From NCBI GenBank assembly GCA_965250285.1, contig OZ252299.1:3808001-3872000 (forward strand): 64,000 nucleotides of DNA. The letters run 5' to 3'. The notes beneath the pieces are model-generated. The model was not told the origin of the DNA. It worked only from the letters and a program-made list of their open reading frames with translations, and searched no databases. Source of the DNA: Myxococcota bacterium (lineage in GTDB: Bacteria > Myxococcota_A > UBA9160 > UBA4427). A program made the position numbers and the translations under genes. Shown here piece after piece: positions 1-10,300 of this stretch (position 1 is its first letter; the number at the start of each line of letters is the position of its first letter).

Positions 1-333
1 TTTCTGCCAGCGGACGTCGATCGCGCGCAGCTGCTCATGCGCGAGCTGCTCGACAATCGAGACCGCGCGGAGAAGGCACGCACCTGGTACCTGCGCCCGT
101 TCCTCGACGAGCTCGTCGCGATCACGCGCGCGCTGCCCGCTCGGGCGCCGATCGACGATGTGCACGCGTTCGCGTTCGTCTACTCGATGCTCGGCGCCGT
201 CCACTACTTTGCCGTCTCGCAGCCGACACTTCAGAAGATGTACGGGCAGCGGCGCTACGCCGCGTATCGTCGCGAGATGTCCGCCGAGCTGCAGGCGCTC
301 GTGCGCGCCCGCGTCGCGAGCCTGACCGACTGA
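1..333 (+). CDS. TetR/AcrR-family regulator, C-terminal part (5'-truncated by window edge)
   Basis: Frame is open from base 1 to TGA at 331-333; helical C-terminal segment (AQLLMRELLD...SMLGAVHYF) resembles TetR ligand-binding domains; no HTH visible in the window. Confidence 0.55.
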   Translation, partial: FLPADVDRAQLLMRELLDNRDRAEKARTWYLRPFLDELVAITRALPARAPIDDVHAFAFVYSMLGAVHYFAVSQPTLQKMYGQRRYAAYRREMSAELQALVRARVASLTD

Positions 334-346
334 CTGGAGGACGCGT

Positions 347-1348
347 CTACGGCTGGAAGCACTGGAGCCCGACGTCGCGCAGCCACCCCTCGACCTCTTC
401 TCGATCTTCGGGGATGAGCTGCTCACTGATCCGACGCTGAATCATCCGCCTCGACCGCTCCGGATACGGGCGTGCCAGATAGCTGGTCGTCTCGCCGTAG
501 GTATCGATCTCGAACGCCTTGCGACCGGCGGCCAGCGCCTGCGCGTTCGCGACGACGAAGGGCGCGTACTCTGCGGCGCCCAGCGCGACCACGTGCTGCG
601 CAAACGGCGTACTCGCTGGAAAAGGCGCGAGATCGCGGCCCTCGACTCGTGCGGCCGCTTCGAACGCACCGCCCTCGGCCCATGCAACGACCCGACCGTA
701 GGGCGACAGATCGGGAATCGGATCGGCGTGGGTGTGGGCGTGGAGCCCACCGAGCAGGATCGCATCGACGGCGGTCGGACGATCCCCCAGCGCGAAGGCC
801 GTGTGTTCGAGCTGCGCGTCGAGCGCCTGCAGCAGGCCGAGGTATTCGGTCTCCGCCGCTTTCTGTTGCCCTTCCGACTCGGTTCCGGTCGCGCGACATG
901 CGCGCGGCCCCCATCGCGCCATCGGATGCTCGCGCGCTGCGTCGGCCGACAGCGTCTCGCCGGTCAACTCTTCGATCACGTGCACCGTATTTTCGATGTA
1001 GTGCCAGCGAAAGTGCACCATCACGCGCGCCACCCACTCGTCGAGGATCTCCTCGACGACGTGGACGAGCACCCCCAAACGCCCAGCTGGAAAGAGCCGG
1101 CGCGTCGGGTACCGCGCGTCGAGCAGCTCGAGGATCGGCGTCGTATCAGCAAGCGCCCAACCCTCGGGTGTTTCGAGGATCGGGATCTGATGCGTCCCCG
1201 CGCGCTGACCGACCCCGCCTTCGCCGATGCCACGTGGTGCGCGCTCGAAAGGGAGCCCGTAGAACGCGAAGGCCGCTTCGAGCTTGCGGGTGAAGAGGCT
1301 CTGGGGGATGCCGTGGATCATGTAGCCGGGCGCAGCGAACGACGTCAT
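347..1348 (-). CDS. Glutathione S-transferase family protein
   Basis: N-terminal SLFTRKLEAAF and HQIPILETPEGWALADTTPI (cis-Pro, DS/DT motif); C-terminal FALGDRPTAVD. Confidence 0.8.
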   Translation of the reverse strand: MTSFAAPGYMIHGIPQSLFTRKLEAAFAFYGLPFERAPRGIGEGGVGQRAGTHQIPILETPEGWALADTTPILELLDARYPTRRLFPAGRLGVLVHVVEEILDEWVARVMVHFRWHYIENTVHVIEELTGETLSADAAREHPMARWGPRACRATGTESEGQQKAAETEYLGLLQALDAQLEHTAFALGDRPTAVDAILLGGLHAHTHADPIPDLSPYGRVVAWAEGGAFEAAARVEGRDLAPFPASTPFAQHVVALGAAEYAPFVVANAQALAAGRKAFEIDTYGETTSYLARPYPERSRRMIQRRISEQLIPEDREEVEGWLRDVGLQCFQP

Positions 1349-1392
1349 CTCGACAGAGTACGCCGCGGGCGCAAGATCCGCCCAGCCCTACG

Positions 1393-2382
1393 CTAACGCT
1401 GGCACTGCTCGCCAGGGATCCCGATGCACCCGGGCGGATCGCTCGGCCCCGGATCGAAGTCGGGTACGCTGAACAGGCCGCAGGTCGTCGGATCGCAGAC
1501 GAGCGTGCGGTCGATCGTTTCGGTCTTGAACTCGAACGCCTTGGGCGTCGGCAGCGGATGCGCGAGCGACGTCGGCTCGCCGTCGGGAATGTCTCGCTCC
1601 ACGATGTCGGCGAGCAGCGTCGTGCTCTCGTCGCGCGAGATGTCGTTCAGCGCGCTGACGCGGTACCGCCGCTGCGACGCGACTCCGCCGAGCCCTTCGA
1701 TGGTCGAATCGTCGATCTTCTCGATGCTGCCCGGGGCCCCGCCGACCGGGACGCTCACCCACTGCGACGTGTTCAGGAAGACCCCTCGCTTGTGGCGAGC
1801 ATCGTTGCTCAACACGAACGCTCGGTCGTCGAGACTCGTCACCAGCGTGGTCCCTTCGCCCGTGTTCACTTCGACGTGGATCGTGCTCGAGCGCGGCCGA
1901 ACGATGGCCGATGGCGTGCGAATCTCGGTCGCCGCATCGGATGCATCGAGTCGCGTGGTGAACCGCACATGGCCATCTTCGACCTTCACGAGGGGCCCTT
2001 CGGCGCCGTCACCTGGCCGGAGGCTCAGCTTCGTGCTCGGTCCCATCTCGATGAGCAAGGCCTCGCCGTGCACCAGCGCGCAGCCGGAGCTCAGACCGGT
2101 CTCGACCTCGATCGCGCCCGAGGCCGGCACATCGACGCTCCGACCGACCGCGAGCTCGCTCCCGTCGGCGCGCACCGTGCCGAACGCCGCCGTCACGACG
2201 GTCTCTGCGGCCATCGCCGAGAGTGCAGTGCCCGAACCGACGAACCAGCAGACCAGACCAAGTGCGACCCGCGCGAGTTGTCGGCTGCAGAGTCGGGCAG
2301 CCGCCGAGCGACCGGCGCGAGCCTCTTCACACGCTTCGTCGCCGGCGCGGATCCGACGATCTCGCCTTCTCAGAAGTTCCAT
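1393..2382 (-). CDS. Exported FecR-domain protein with Cys-containing C-terminal tail
   Basis: FecR-like beta-rich pattern (VETGLSS...IEMGPSTKL...VEDGHVRF...EIRTPSAIVRPRSS); hydrophobic signal segment VALGLVCWFVGSGTALSAMA; ATG at 2382 overlaps the end of the upstream gene; start uncertain. Confidence 0.7.
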   Translation of the reverse strand: MELLRRRDRRIRAGDEACEEARAGRSAAARLCSRQLARVALGLVCWFVGSGTALSAMAAETVVTAAFGTVRADGSELAVGRSVDVPASGAIEVETGLSSGCALVHGEALLIEMGPSTKLSLRPGDGAEGPLVKVEDGHVRFTTRLDASDAATEIRTPSAIVRPRSSTIHVEVNTGEGTTLVTSLDDRAFVLSNDARHKRGVFLNTSQWVSVPVGGAPGSIEKIDDSTIEGLGGVASQRRYRVSALNDISRDESTTLLADIVERDIPDGEPTSLAHPLPTPKAFEFKTETIDRTLVCDPTTCGLFSVPDFDPGPSDPPGCIGIPGEQCQR

Positions 2383-3959
2383 GTGAAATACGCTCCGAAG
2401 AGATGTCGATCGTACTCGAGCACGTCGATCTGTGAGCTGCGGAAGTTCATGTTCGCCGCGAGGGCCACCGAGAGCTGCCGCCACAGCGGTACGTTCAGAT
2501 CGAACGAGAGATTGTGGACGTTCTCGTGACGCCGCACGCCCTGGCCGGGCGCCGGGGGTTGGGTCCCGATCTGCTCAGGGAAGATGCTCGGGTTCTGGTA
2601 CCAGAGCCGCGCGTAGCGATAGAGGGTCGAGAAGGTCATGCCGCGCCACGGCAGAAGCACGCCACCGCCGACATTCAGCTCGAGCCCGCGGTAGTCCCAC
2701 TCGGTGCCGTCCGTCGAGCGACTGAGGTAGGCCGCTCCGAAGCGCGCAGACGAGAAGAGGCCGTCGAACATCAGAATCTGGTTCAGACCGACGGCCTGGC
2801 GGTTGCCGTTCTGATCGAGCTCGGGCGAGACGGGCGGCAGGAAGTAGTCGTCGAGCTGAATCTGGTAGAACGCCTGCGTGACGCCGAGATCACCGGTGCG
2901 CAGGTTCACGATCGGCTGAATCGAGTGCGTGCCACGGAACTTCTCAGTGAAGTCGAGCAGCGTGATGCTGTAGTCGTACCGCACACCGAAGCTCGCGTTC
3001 ATGTAGTCGTAGGTCGCCAGAGCGCGGGCGACATGCGTCTGCTCGTTCACGAGGCTGTCGTTCGCGTAGCCCGCCAAGAAGCCATCGTAGCCGGCGCGCA
3101 GCGTGAACCCGCCCCCGCGATACGCGTCGACGAGCGCGCGCAGGCGGAACGAGCCGAGCACGTCGGCATCGCTGTCGATCACCTTACTCGCGGCGGTCGG
3201 GTTCGTGTCGGCTTCGATGCCCGCCGTCGCGCTCACGAACCAGATGCGGCTCTCGGTGAGCGGGGCCATCTGCTCCCTCAGCGCGCGGGCCGAGTTGCCG
3301 AGCGGATGGCCGGGCGAATCCTCTGCCAGATCCCCGAACGCAGCCGACGAGGCGTAGAGGTTGCCGAGCGCGATCTGAGCCAGCCCCGTGTAGTAGAGCG
3401 ACTCCCGCTCGAGTCCGGGGTCGAGGCGACGCGCCTCCTCGAGGTCACCGATCGCCTTGCGCGGGTCTCCGGTTCGGTACTCGGCGATGCCCGCGTACAG
3501 CAGCAGGTGCGGGTCGCTGGGGGCCATCGTGAGCGCCTGTCGCGCCTGGGTGCGGGCCGCGTCGTTCTGTCCGGCGAGCAGAAGGGTCTCGGTGAGCACG
3601 GTCTGCGTCGCGACGTCGTCGGGATCGAGCTCGGCGGCCCTCCGCAGGGACGCGATGGCGTTTTCGGTTTCGCCCTGCTTGCGCGCGATCAGGCCGAGGT
3701 AGACGTGGGCGTCGGCGTCTGCCGGGTTCTGCTCGACCACGGCTTCGAAGGCTCTTCGCGCCGCGACATCGTCGCCGGTCCCGTACGCGGCGACGCCCCG
3801 GTTGTAGAGCAGCTCGGTCTGATCGGAGGCCGACGCAGATGTGACACACAGAAGCGTCAACAGAACGAACGCAGTCAGCACGCGCACAGCGGTGCGGCGG
3901 CGACGTCCCGTCGCGAATGGGCTTCGCTGCTGCGCTGCGTAGACCGGCACGGGCGACAT
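2370..3959 (-). CDS. TPR-repeat protein with C-terminal outer-membrane beta-barrel
   Basis: Signal peptide (VLTAFVLLTLLCVTSASA), about 5-6 TPRs (e.g. DAHVYLGLIARKQG, LLLYAGIAEYRTG), then amphipathic strands ending GAYFTWNF (terminal Phe, BamA-type signal); start uncertain. Confidence 0.8.
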   Translation of the reverse strand: MSPVPVYAAQQRSPFATGRRRRTAVRVLTAFVLLTLLCVTSASASDQTELLYNRGVAAYGTGDDVAARRAFEAVVEQNPADADAHVYLGLIARKQGETENAIASLRRAAELDPDDVATQTVLTETLLLAGQNDAARTQARQALTMAPSDPHLLLYAGIAEYRTGDPRKAIGDLEEARRLDPGLERESLYYTGLAQIALGNLYASSAAFGDLAEDSPGHPLGNSARALREQMAPLTESRIWFVSATAGIEADTNPTAASKVIDSDADVLGSFRLRALVDAYRGGGFTLRAGYDGFLAGYANDSLVNEQTHVARALATYDYMNASFGVRYDYSITLLDFTEKFRGTHSIQPIVNLRTGDLGVTQAFYQIQLDDYFLPPVSPELDQNGNRQAVGLNQILMFDGLFSSARFGAAYLSRSTDGTEWDYRGLELNVGGGVLLPWRGMTFSTLYRYARLWYQNPSIFPEQIGTQPPAPGQGVRRHENVHNLSFDLNVPLWRQLSVALAANMNFRSSQIDVLEYDRHLFGAYFTWNF

Positions 3960-4360
3960 CTTCGTGGGAACGGTCGCGCTTGTCGAGGACCCGCCTCGGA
4001 CCCACGCGGGGCCTGCGCACCCGAAGCGGCGACCCGGTTGCCGCCAAGCTGCACGAGAGCTGCCCACGCGACACGTCGGCGCGTCGATGCCACAAGACTT
4101 GGCCGGAATTGGGAATTCCCGCACGCGATTCGTGTCGAGGCGCTCACTCGCGCCCGGATCCGCCCGCCACAGCTTCGTGCCGGTCGGATATCATCGGGCG
4201 TCCGTTCGGGGCCCCCTCCAGCCGAACATCCCCCTCTCCTTCGTGCGTCGGTGTGGCTGGCATCACGCTGCTCTCGGGATCTCATCTTGGGTGATCCGCC
4301 CATGACATCCGCCGATCCGACGCGACCGTGCTACGGCATGGCTTCGCTCGGGGACGCCCG

Positions 4361-7300
4361 ATGAAGAGGGCGCTCCGGCGGACGCGTGTGCGCTCTTTGA
4401 CCGACGGGTCTGCAACCAGACGCCGAGCCGTCGAGCGACACGTCCTTCTCTGGTTCGTCTTGCTGACGGTCGGGCTCGCAACGGCGCAGAGCGCTGCGGC
4501 GCAGTCGGTCACGCTCAGCGCCGCCCCCGACACGATGCCGACCGGCGGCACCAGCACGCTCACGTGGGTCACGGCCGACGTCGACACGTGCACCGCGTCG
4601 GATGGCTGGACGGGCGCGCTCGATGCCGCGGGAGGCAGTCAGGGCGTCTCGCCGACCACGACGACGCTCTACACCGTGACCTGCGATGGGCCCGGCGGAC
4701 AGGCTGTCGACTCGGCGACGATCACCGTGGGCCCCGCAGTCACCGCGACCCTCGGCGCCGACGTCGACACGATCCCTCTCGGCGGCACCAGCCAGCTCAC
4801 CTGGAGCAGCACCGACGCCACGAGCTGCATCGGAACGAACTTCGACACCGCCGGTGCCGCGAGCGGCAGCATCAGCGTGACGCCCGCGACGACCACCCTC
4901 TACTCGGTGACCTGCACGGGGACGGGCGGCGCCACGAGCGCGCCCGCGCAGCAGACCGTCAGCGTCGGTCCGGCGGTGACGGCCACGCTCGGTGCCGATG
5001 TCGACACGATCCCGCTCGGTGGCACCAGTCAACTGACGTGGAGCAGCACGGACGCCACCAGCTGCGCAGGCACGGGCTTCGATACGGGCGCCGCGACGAG
5101 CGGCAGCGTCGCCGTCGCCCCGACGACGACGACGCTGTACTCGGTGGTGTGTACGGGGGCCGGCGGTGCGACGAGCCCTGCAGCGGAACAGACCGTGACC
5201 GTCGGAGCCGCCGTGACGGCGACGCTCGGCGCCGATCTCGCAACGCTCCCGCTCGGCGGCAGCAGTCTGCTCACGTGGAGCAGCACCGACGCAACCAGCT
5301 GCATCGGCACGAACTTCGACACGGCCGGCGCGACGAGCGGCAGCGCGCCCGTCACGCCGCTGACGACGACGCTCTACTCGGTGGTCTGCAGCGGTGCAGG
5401 GGGAGCCACCAGCGCACCGGCGGAACAAACCGTGACGGTGGGGGCGGCGGTGACGGCCAGCCTCGGCGCAGACGTCGATACGATTCCACTCGGCGGCAGC
5501 AGCCTGCTCACCTGGAGCAGCACCGACGCGACGAGCTGCACCGGGACGGGCTTCGAGACCAGCGGCGCGACGAGCGGCAGCGTCGCCGTCGCGCCCACGA
5601 CCACCACACTCTACGCCCTCGTCTGCACCGGCGTCGGCGGCGCCACGAGCAGCGCGGCCGAGCAAACGGTCACGGTCGGCGCGGCGGTCACAGCGACGCT
5701 CGACGCCGACTTCCTGAGCGTGCCGCTCGGCGGCACGAGCCAGCTGACCTGGAGCGGCGCCAACGCGGACTCCTGCACGGGCACCAACTTCACAACGGGT
5801 GACGCCGCAGCCGGCAGCGTCGACGTCTCACCGACGGCGACCACGGTGTACTCGATCACCTGTACGGGTTCGGGCGGCGCGACCAGCAATCCCGTCGACG
5901 TCACGGTGAGCGTCGACCCGGCCGTCTCGGCCACGCTGATCACGACACCGAGCGCAGTTCCCCTCGGTGGGTCGGCCGACCTGACGTGGAGCAGCACGAG
6001 CGCGACGAGCTGCACGGGCACGGGGTTCTCGACCGGCGGTGCACCGAGCGGCAGCATCTCGGTCGCGCCCGCCACCACCACCGCCTACTCGGTGACGTGC
6101 GCGGGCAATGGCGGCGCGTCGAGCGCGCCGGCCGACGGTTCGCTCACGATCGGCCCCCCGGTGACCAGTAGCCTCAGCGCGAACCCTACGACCATCGCGC
6201 TCGGTGGATCGAGCGGTCTCACCTGGGGCAGCACCGACGCGATCAGCTGCACCGGCACCGGCTTCTCGACCGGCGGCGCCGCCAGTGGGACGGTGTCGGT
6301 GTCGCCCGGATCGTCGACGATCTACTCGGTGACGTGCGTCGGCGCGGGCGGTGCGACGAGCAGCGCCGCCACGGCGAGCGTCGCGGTCGGAGGCGGCGTC
6401 ACCGCCTTCCTGACCGCCGACTTCGACGCGATCCCACTCGGCGGCTCGAGCCTGCTCTCGTGGAGCAGCTCGAACGCGACCAGCTGCACGGGCACCGGCT
6501 TCACGACCGGCGGTGCCGTGGCCGGCAGCGTGCCGGTCTCGCCCACCTCGACCACGGTCTACGCGGTCGACTGCACGGGCTCGGGTGGTGCGAACGACTC
6601 GGCCGAGTTCACGGTCGCGGTCGGGCCGGCGATCTCGGCCGCGCTCACGGCGACGCCCGACACCATCGCACTCGGTGGAGCGAGCAGTCTCGAGTGGAGC
6701 AGCTCGAACGCCACCAGCTGCACCGGCATCGGCTTCTCGACGGGGGGCGCGGTCAGCGGCCAGATCGACGTGTCACCGACGACCAGCTCGGCGTACGGCG
6801 TGACCTGCACGGGCAACGGGGGCGCCAACAGCCCCATCGCCCAGGCGACCGTGACCGTGAGCGGACCGGTCGCCGCGTCGCTCAGCGCGACGCCCGCGGC
6901 CATCGCGCTCGGCGGATCGACGACGCTCGAGTGGAGCGGCGTGAACGCGACGAGCTGCGTCGGCAGCGGCTTCGACACGGGCGCGGCCGCGAGCGGATCG
7001 GTGGTCGTCACACCGACCGCAGACAGCGACTACTCGGTCACGTGCACGGGCGCCGGCGGTGCAACCAGCGCCCCGGCCTCCACGTCGGTCACCGTCGGCG
7101 CGGCCGTCGGCGCGACGCTCACCGCAACGCCCGGCCAGATCGCCCAGGGCGGAACGAGCACGCTCGACTGGAGCGGCGACAACGCCACGAGCTGCGTCGG
7201 TGTCGGCTTCTCGACGGGCGGCGCACCGAGCGGGAGCATCGACGTCGCGCCGGCGACGACCACCGCGTACTCGGTGACGTGCAGTGGTGCTGGCGGCGCC

Positions 7301-10300
7301 ACGAGTCCGGTGGCGAATGCCACCGTGACGGTCGGTGCTGGCGTCACGGCCTCGCTCGTCGGCAACCCGACATCGATCGCGTCGGGGGGCTCGAGTGAGC
7401 TGACGTGGGGCAGCACGAACGCCACGAGCTGCACCGCGTCGAGCGCCCAGGATGCCGCGTGGAACGGCGCTCGCTCGCCGGGCGGCGGGACCGTCACCGT
7501 CACGCCAACGGTCGACTCGACCTACGCGCTGACGTGCACGGGCGCGGGCGGCGCGTCGAGCCCGCCAGCGACGACGACGATCACGGTGGGCGCCGCCGTG
7601 ACCGCTTCGCTCGCAGCGAACCCGACCGCGATGCCGCTCGGCGGGACGAGCCAGCTCACTTGGGGCAGCACGAACGCGACAAGCTGCACGGCGTCGAGTA
7701 CGGACGACCCCGCCTGGAACGGCTCGCGGGCAGTGGGCGGCGGCACCCTCGACGTCACGCCAACGGCCACCGCGACGTACACGATCGTCTGCGCGGGCGC
7801 GGGCGGCGCCGAGAGTGCGCCGGCGAATGTGACGGTCGTCGTCGGCTCGGCCGTCACCGTCGCGCTGACCGCCACGCCCGAGTCGATCGCACCGGGCGGC
7901 TCGAGTCAGCTGACGTGGAGCAGCGGGAGCGCGACGAGCTGTACGGGCACCGGCTTCGACACCGCCGGCGCCCCGAACGGCTCGGCCGAGGTCTCGCCGA
8001 CGACCACGACGAACTACTCGGTCTTGTGCACCGGCGCAGGCGGGGCGACGAGCCCGAGCGCTGCGGCCAGCGTCACCGTGGGCTCGGCCGTCGCGGCCAC
8101 GCTCACCGCCACGCCCTCCTCCATCGCGCAGGGCGGCTCGAGCGAGCTCTCGTGGAGCAGCGTCAACGCGACGAGCTGTACGGGCACCGGCTTCGCGACT
8201 GGGGGCGCGACGAGCGGCAGCGTGTCGGTCTCACCGATCTTGACCACGGCGTACACGCTGACGTGCGAAGGTGCCGGTGGCGCGACGAGCCCGGTGCAGA
8301 ATGCGAACGTCTCAGTTGGCCCGGCCGTCACGGCGAGCCTCGATGCGACCGCGCTCTCGATCGCGCTCGGGGGGTCGAGCGAGCTCTCGTGGAGCAGCAC
8401 CAACGCGACGAGCTGCACCGCCTCGAGCGCGCAGGATCCGAGCTGGAGCGGCGGGCAGCCCATCGGCGGCGGCACGCTCACCGTCTCGCCCACGGTGACG
8501 TCGACGTATACGCTGACCTGCGAAGGCGCGGGCGGTGCGACGAGCACGCCTGCCAGCGTGACGATCGCCGTGGGCGAAGCGGTGACGGCCACTCTCGGCG
8601 CGACACTGACCTCGATCGCGCAGGGCGGTACGAGCGACCTCACCTGGGGCAGCGCCAACGCGTCGAGCTGTGTGGCATCGAGCGCCGAAGACGCCAGCTG
8701 GAACGGTGCGCGCAGCGTCGCGGGCGGCACGGTCACCGTGACGCCCACGGTCACGTCGACGTACCAGCTCGTCTGCGCAGGCGCAGGCGGCGCGTCGAGC
8801 ACCCCGGCCACCGTGACGATCAGCGTGGGCGGCAGCGTCAGTGCGCAGCTGAACGCGGCCCCCTCGATCATCGCTGCCGGCGGCTCGAGCACCCTCACTT
8901 GGTCGAGCTCGAATGCCACTTCGTGCTCGGGCACCGGCTTCTCGACCAGCGGCGCGACGAGCGGCAGCGTCTCGGTCTCTCCCACGACGTCGACGACGTA
9001 CTCGATGTCGTGCTCGGGTGAAGGCGGCGCCGGCAGTGCGCCGGTGAACACCACCGTCACGATCGCTCCGCTTCCGACCGTCACGCTCACGGCGACGCCC
9101 TCGACGATCGCGGCCGGCAACTCGACGACGCTCGACTGGGTCGTGAGCGAAGCCTCGAGCTGCATCGCGTCGAGCGACGAAGACCCGAGCTGGGCGGGCG
9201 CTCGCTCTCCCACCGGCGGATCGCTCGGCGTGACGCCCGCCGAGACCGCGACCTACACGCTCTCGTGCACCGACGCGTTCGATCAGCAGGTCGAGGACAG
9301 CGTCACCGTGATCGTCTCGGCCGGGCCCACGGTCGAGCTCGTCGCGAGCCCCGAGACGATCGCACCGCTCGGCTCGAGCAGTCTCAGCTGGTCGGTGGAC
9401 AACGCGGTGAGCTGCACTGCGTTCAGCGCGCAGGATCCCGCGTGGACGGGCAGCGTACCCGTCGACGGCGGCCCCGTGCTCGTCACGCCGCAGACGAACG
9501 CGACCTACACGCTGACCTGCACCGACGCCGTGGGTCAGGCCCAGAACGCCGAAGCAACGGTCAACATCACGCCGACGGTCACCCTCACGGCCGACCCCAA
9601 CAACGTGCTGCTCGGCGGTTCGACGGCGCTCGCCTGGGCGACGACGAACGCCACGTCATGCGACGCTTCGGGTGCGCTCGACTGGTCAGGAACGGTCTCG
9701 ACCGGACCAGCGGCAGCGCTCGTCACGCCGACCGTCGACACGGTCTACACGATCACATGCACGGGCCCGGGCGGCGTCGCGATCGATACGGCCGCCGTGA
9801 CCGTCAGCTCTTCACCCGGGGATCCGCCGCCGACGGTGATCCTCAATGCCGATCCGCTCGAAGTCGGCAACGGCGGGTCGAGCACGCTCAGCTGGGTCAC
9901 GACCGATGCGGTGAGCTGCACGGCATCGGGCGCCGGCGACTGGAGCGGTTCGGTTCCCATCGGCACGGCGAGCCGGGTGGTTCGGCCCACCGCCCCCGAG
10001 ACCGTGTACACGCTCACATGCGCGAACAGTGTGGGTGCAGAGCGCTCCGCCGACATCACGGTGCGGGTGGCGCCCCCTCCGGCGCTCGAACTGAGCGCCG
10101 ACCCGGTTCGTCTGGCCGCGGGCGCTTCGACCCAGATCAACTGGTCGCCCACCGACGCACAGAGCTGCTCGGCCAGCGCAGGATGGAGCGGGGCGAAGAC
10201 ATCGGACGGCGACACCGAATCGATCGTGGTGAACGAGACCACGACGTTCACGCTCGAGTGCACGGGCTTGAGCGGCACCGTCAGCCAGAGCGTGACCGTG

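Noticed and set aside
4258..4272. Sigma54 promoter upstream of the giant gene (TGGCATCACGCTGCT)
   Set aside because: GG and GC are separated by 9 nt rather than the required 10
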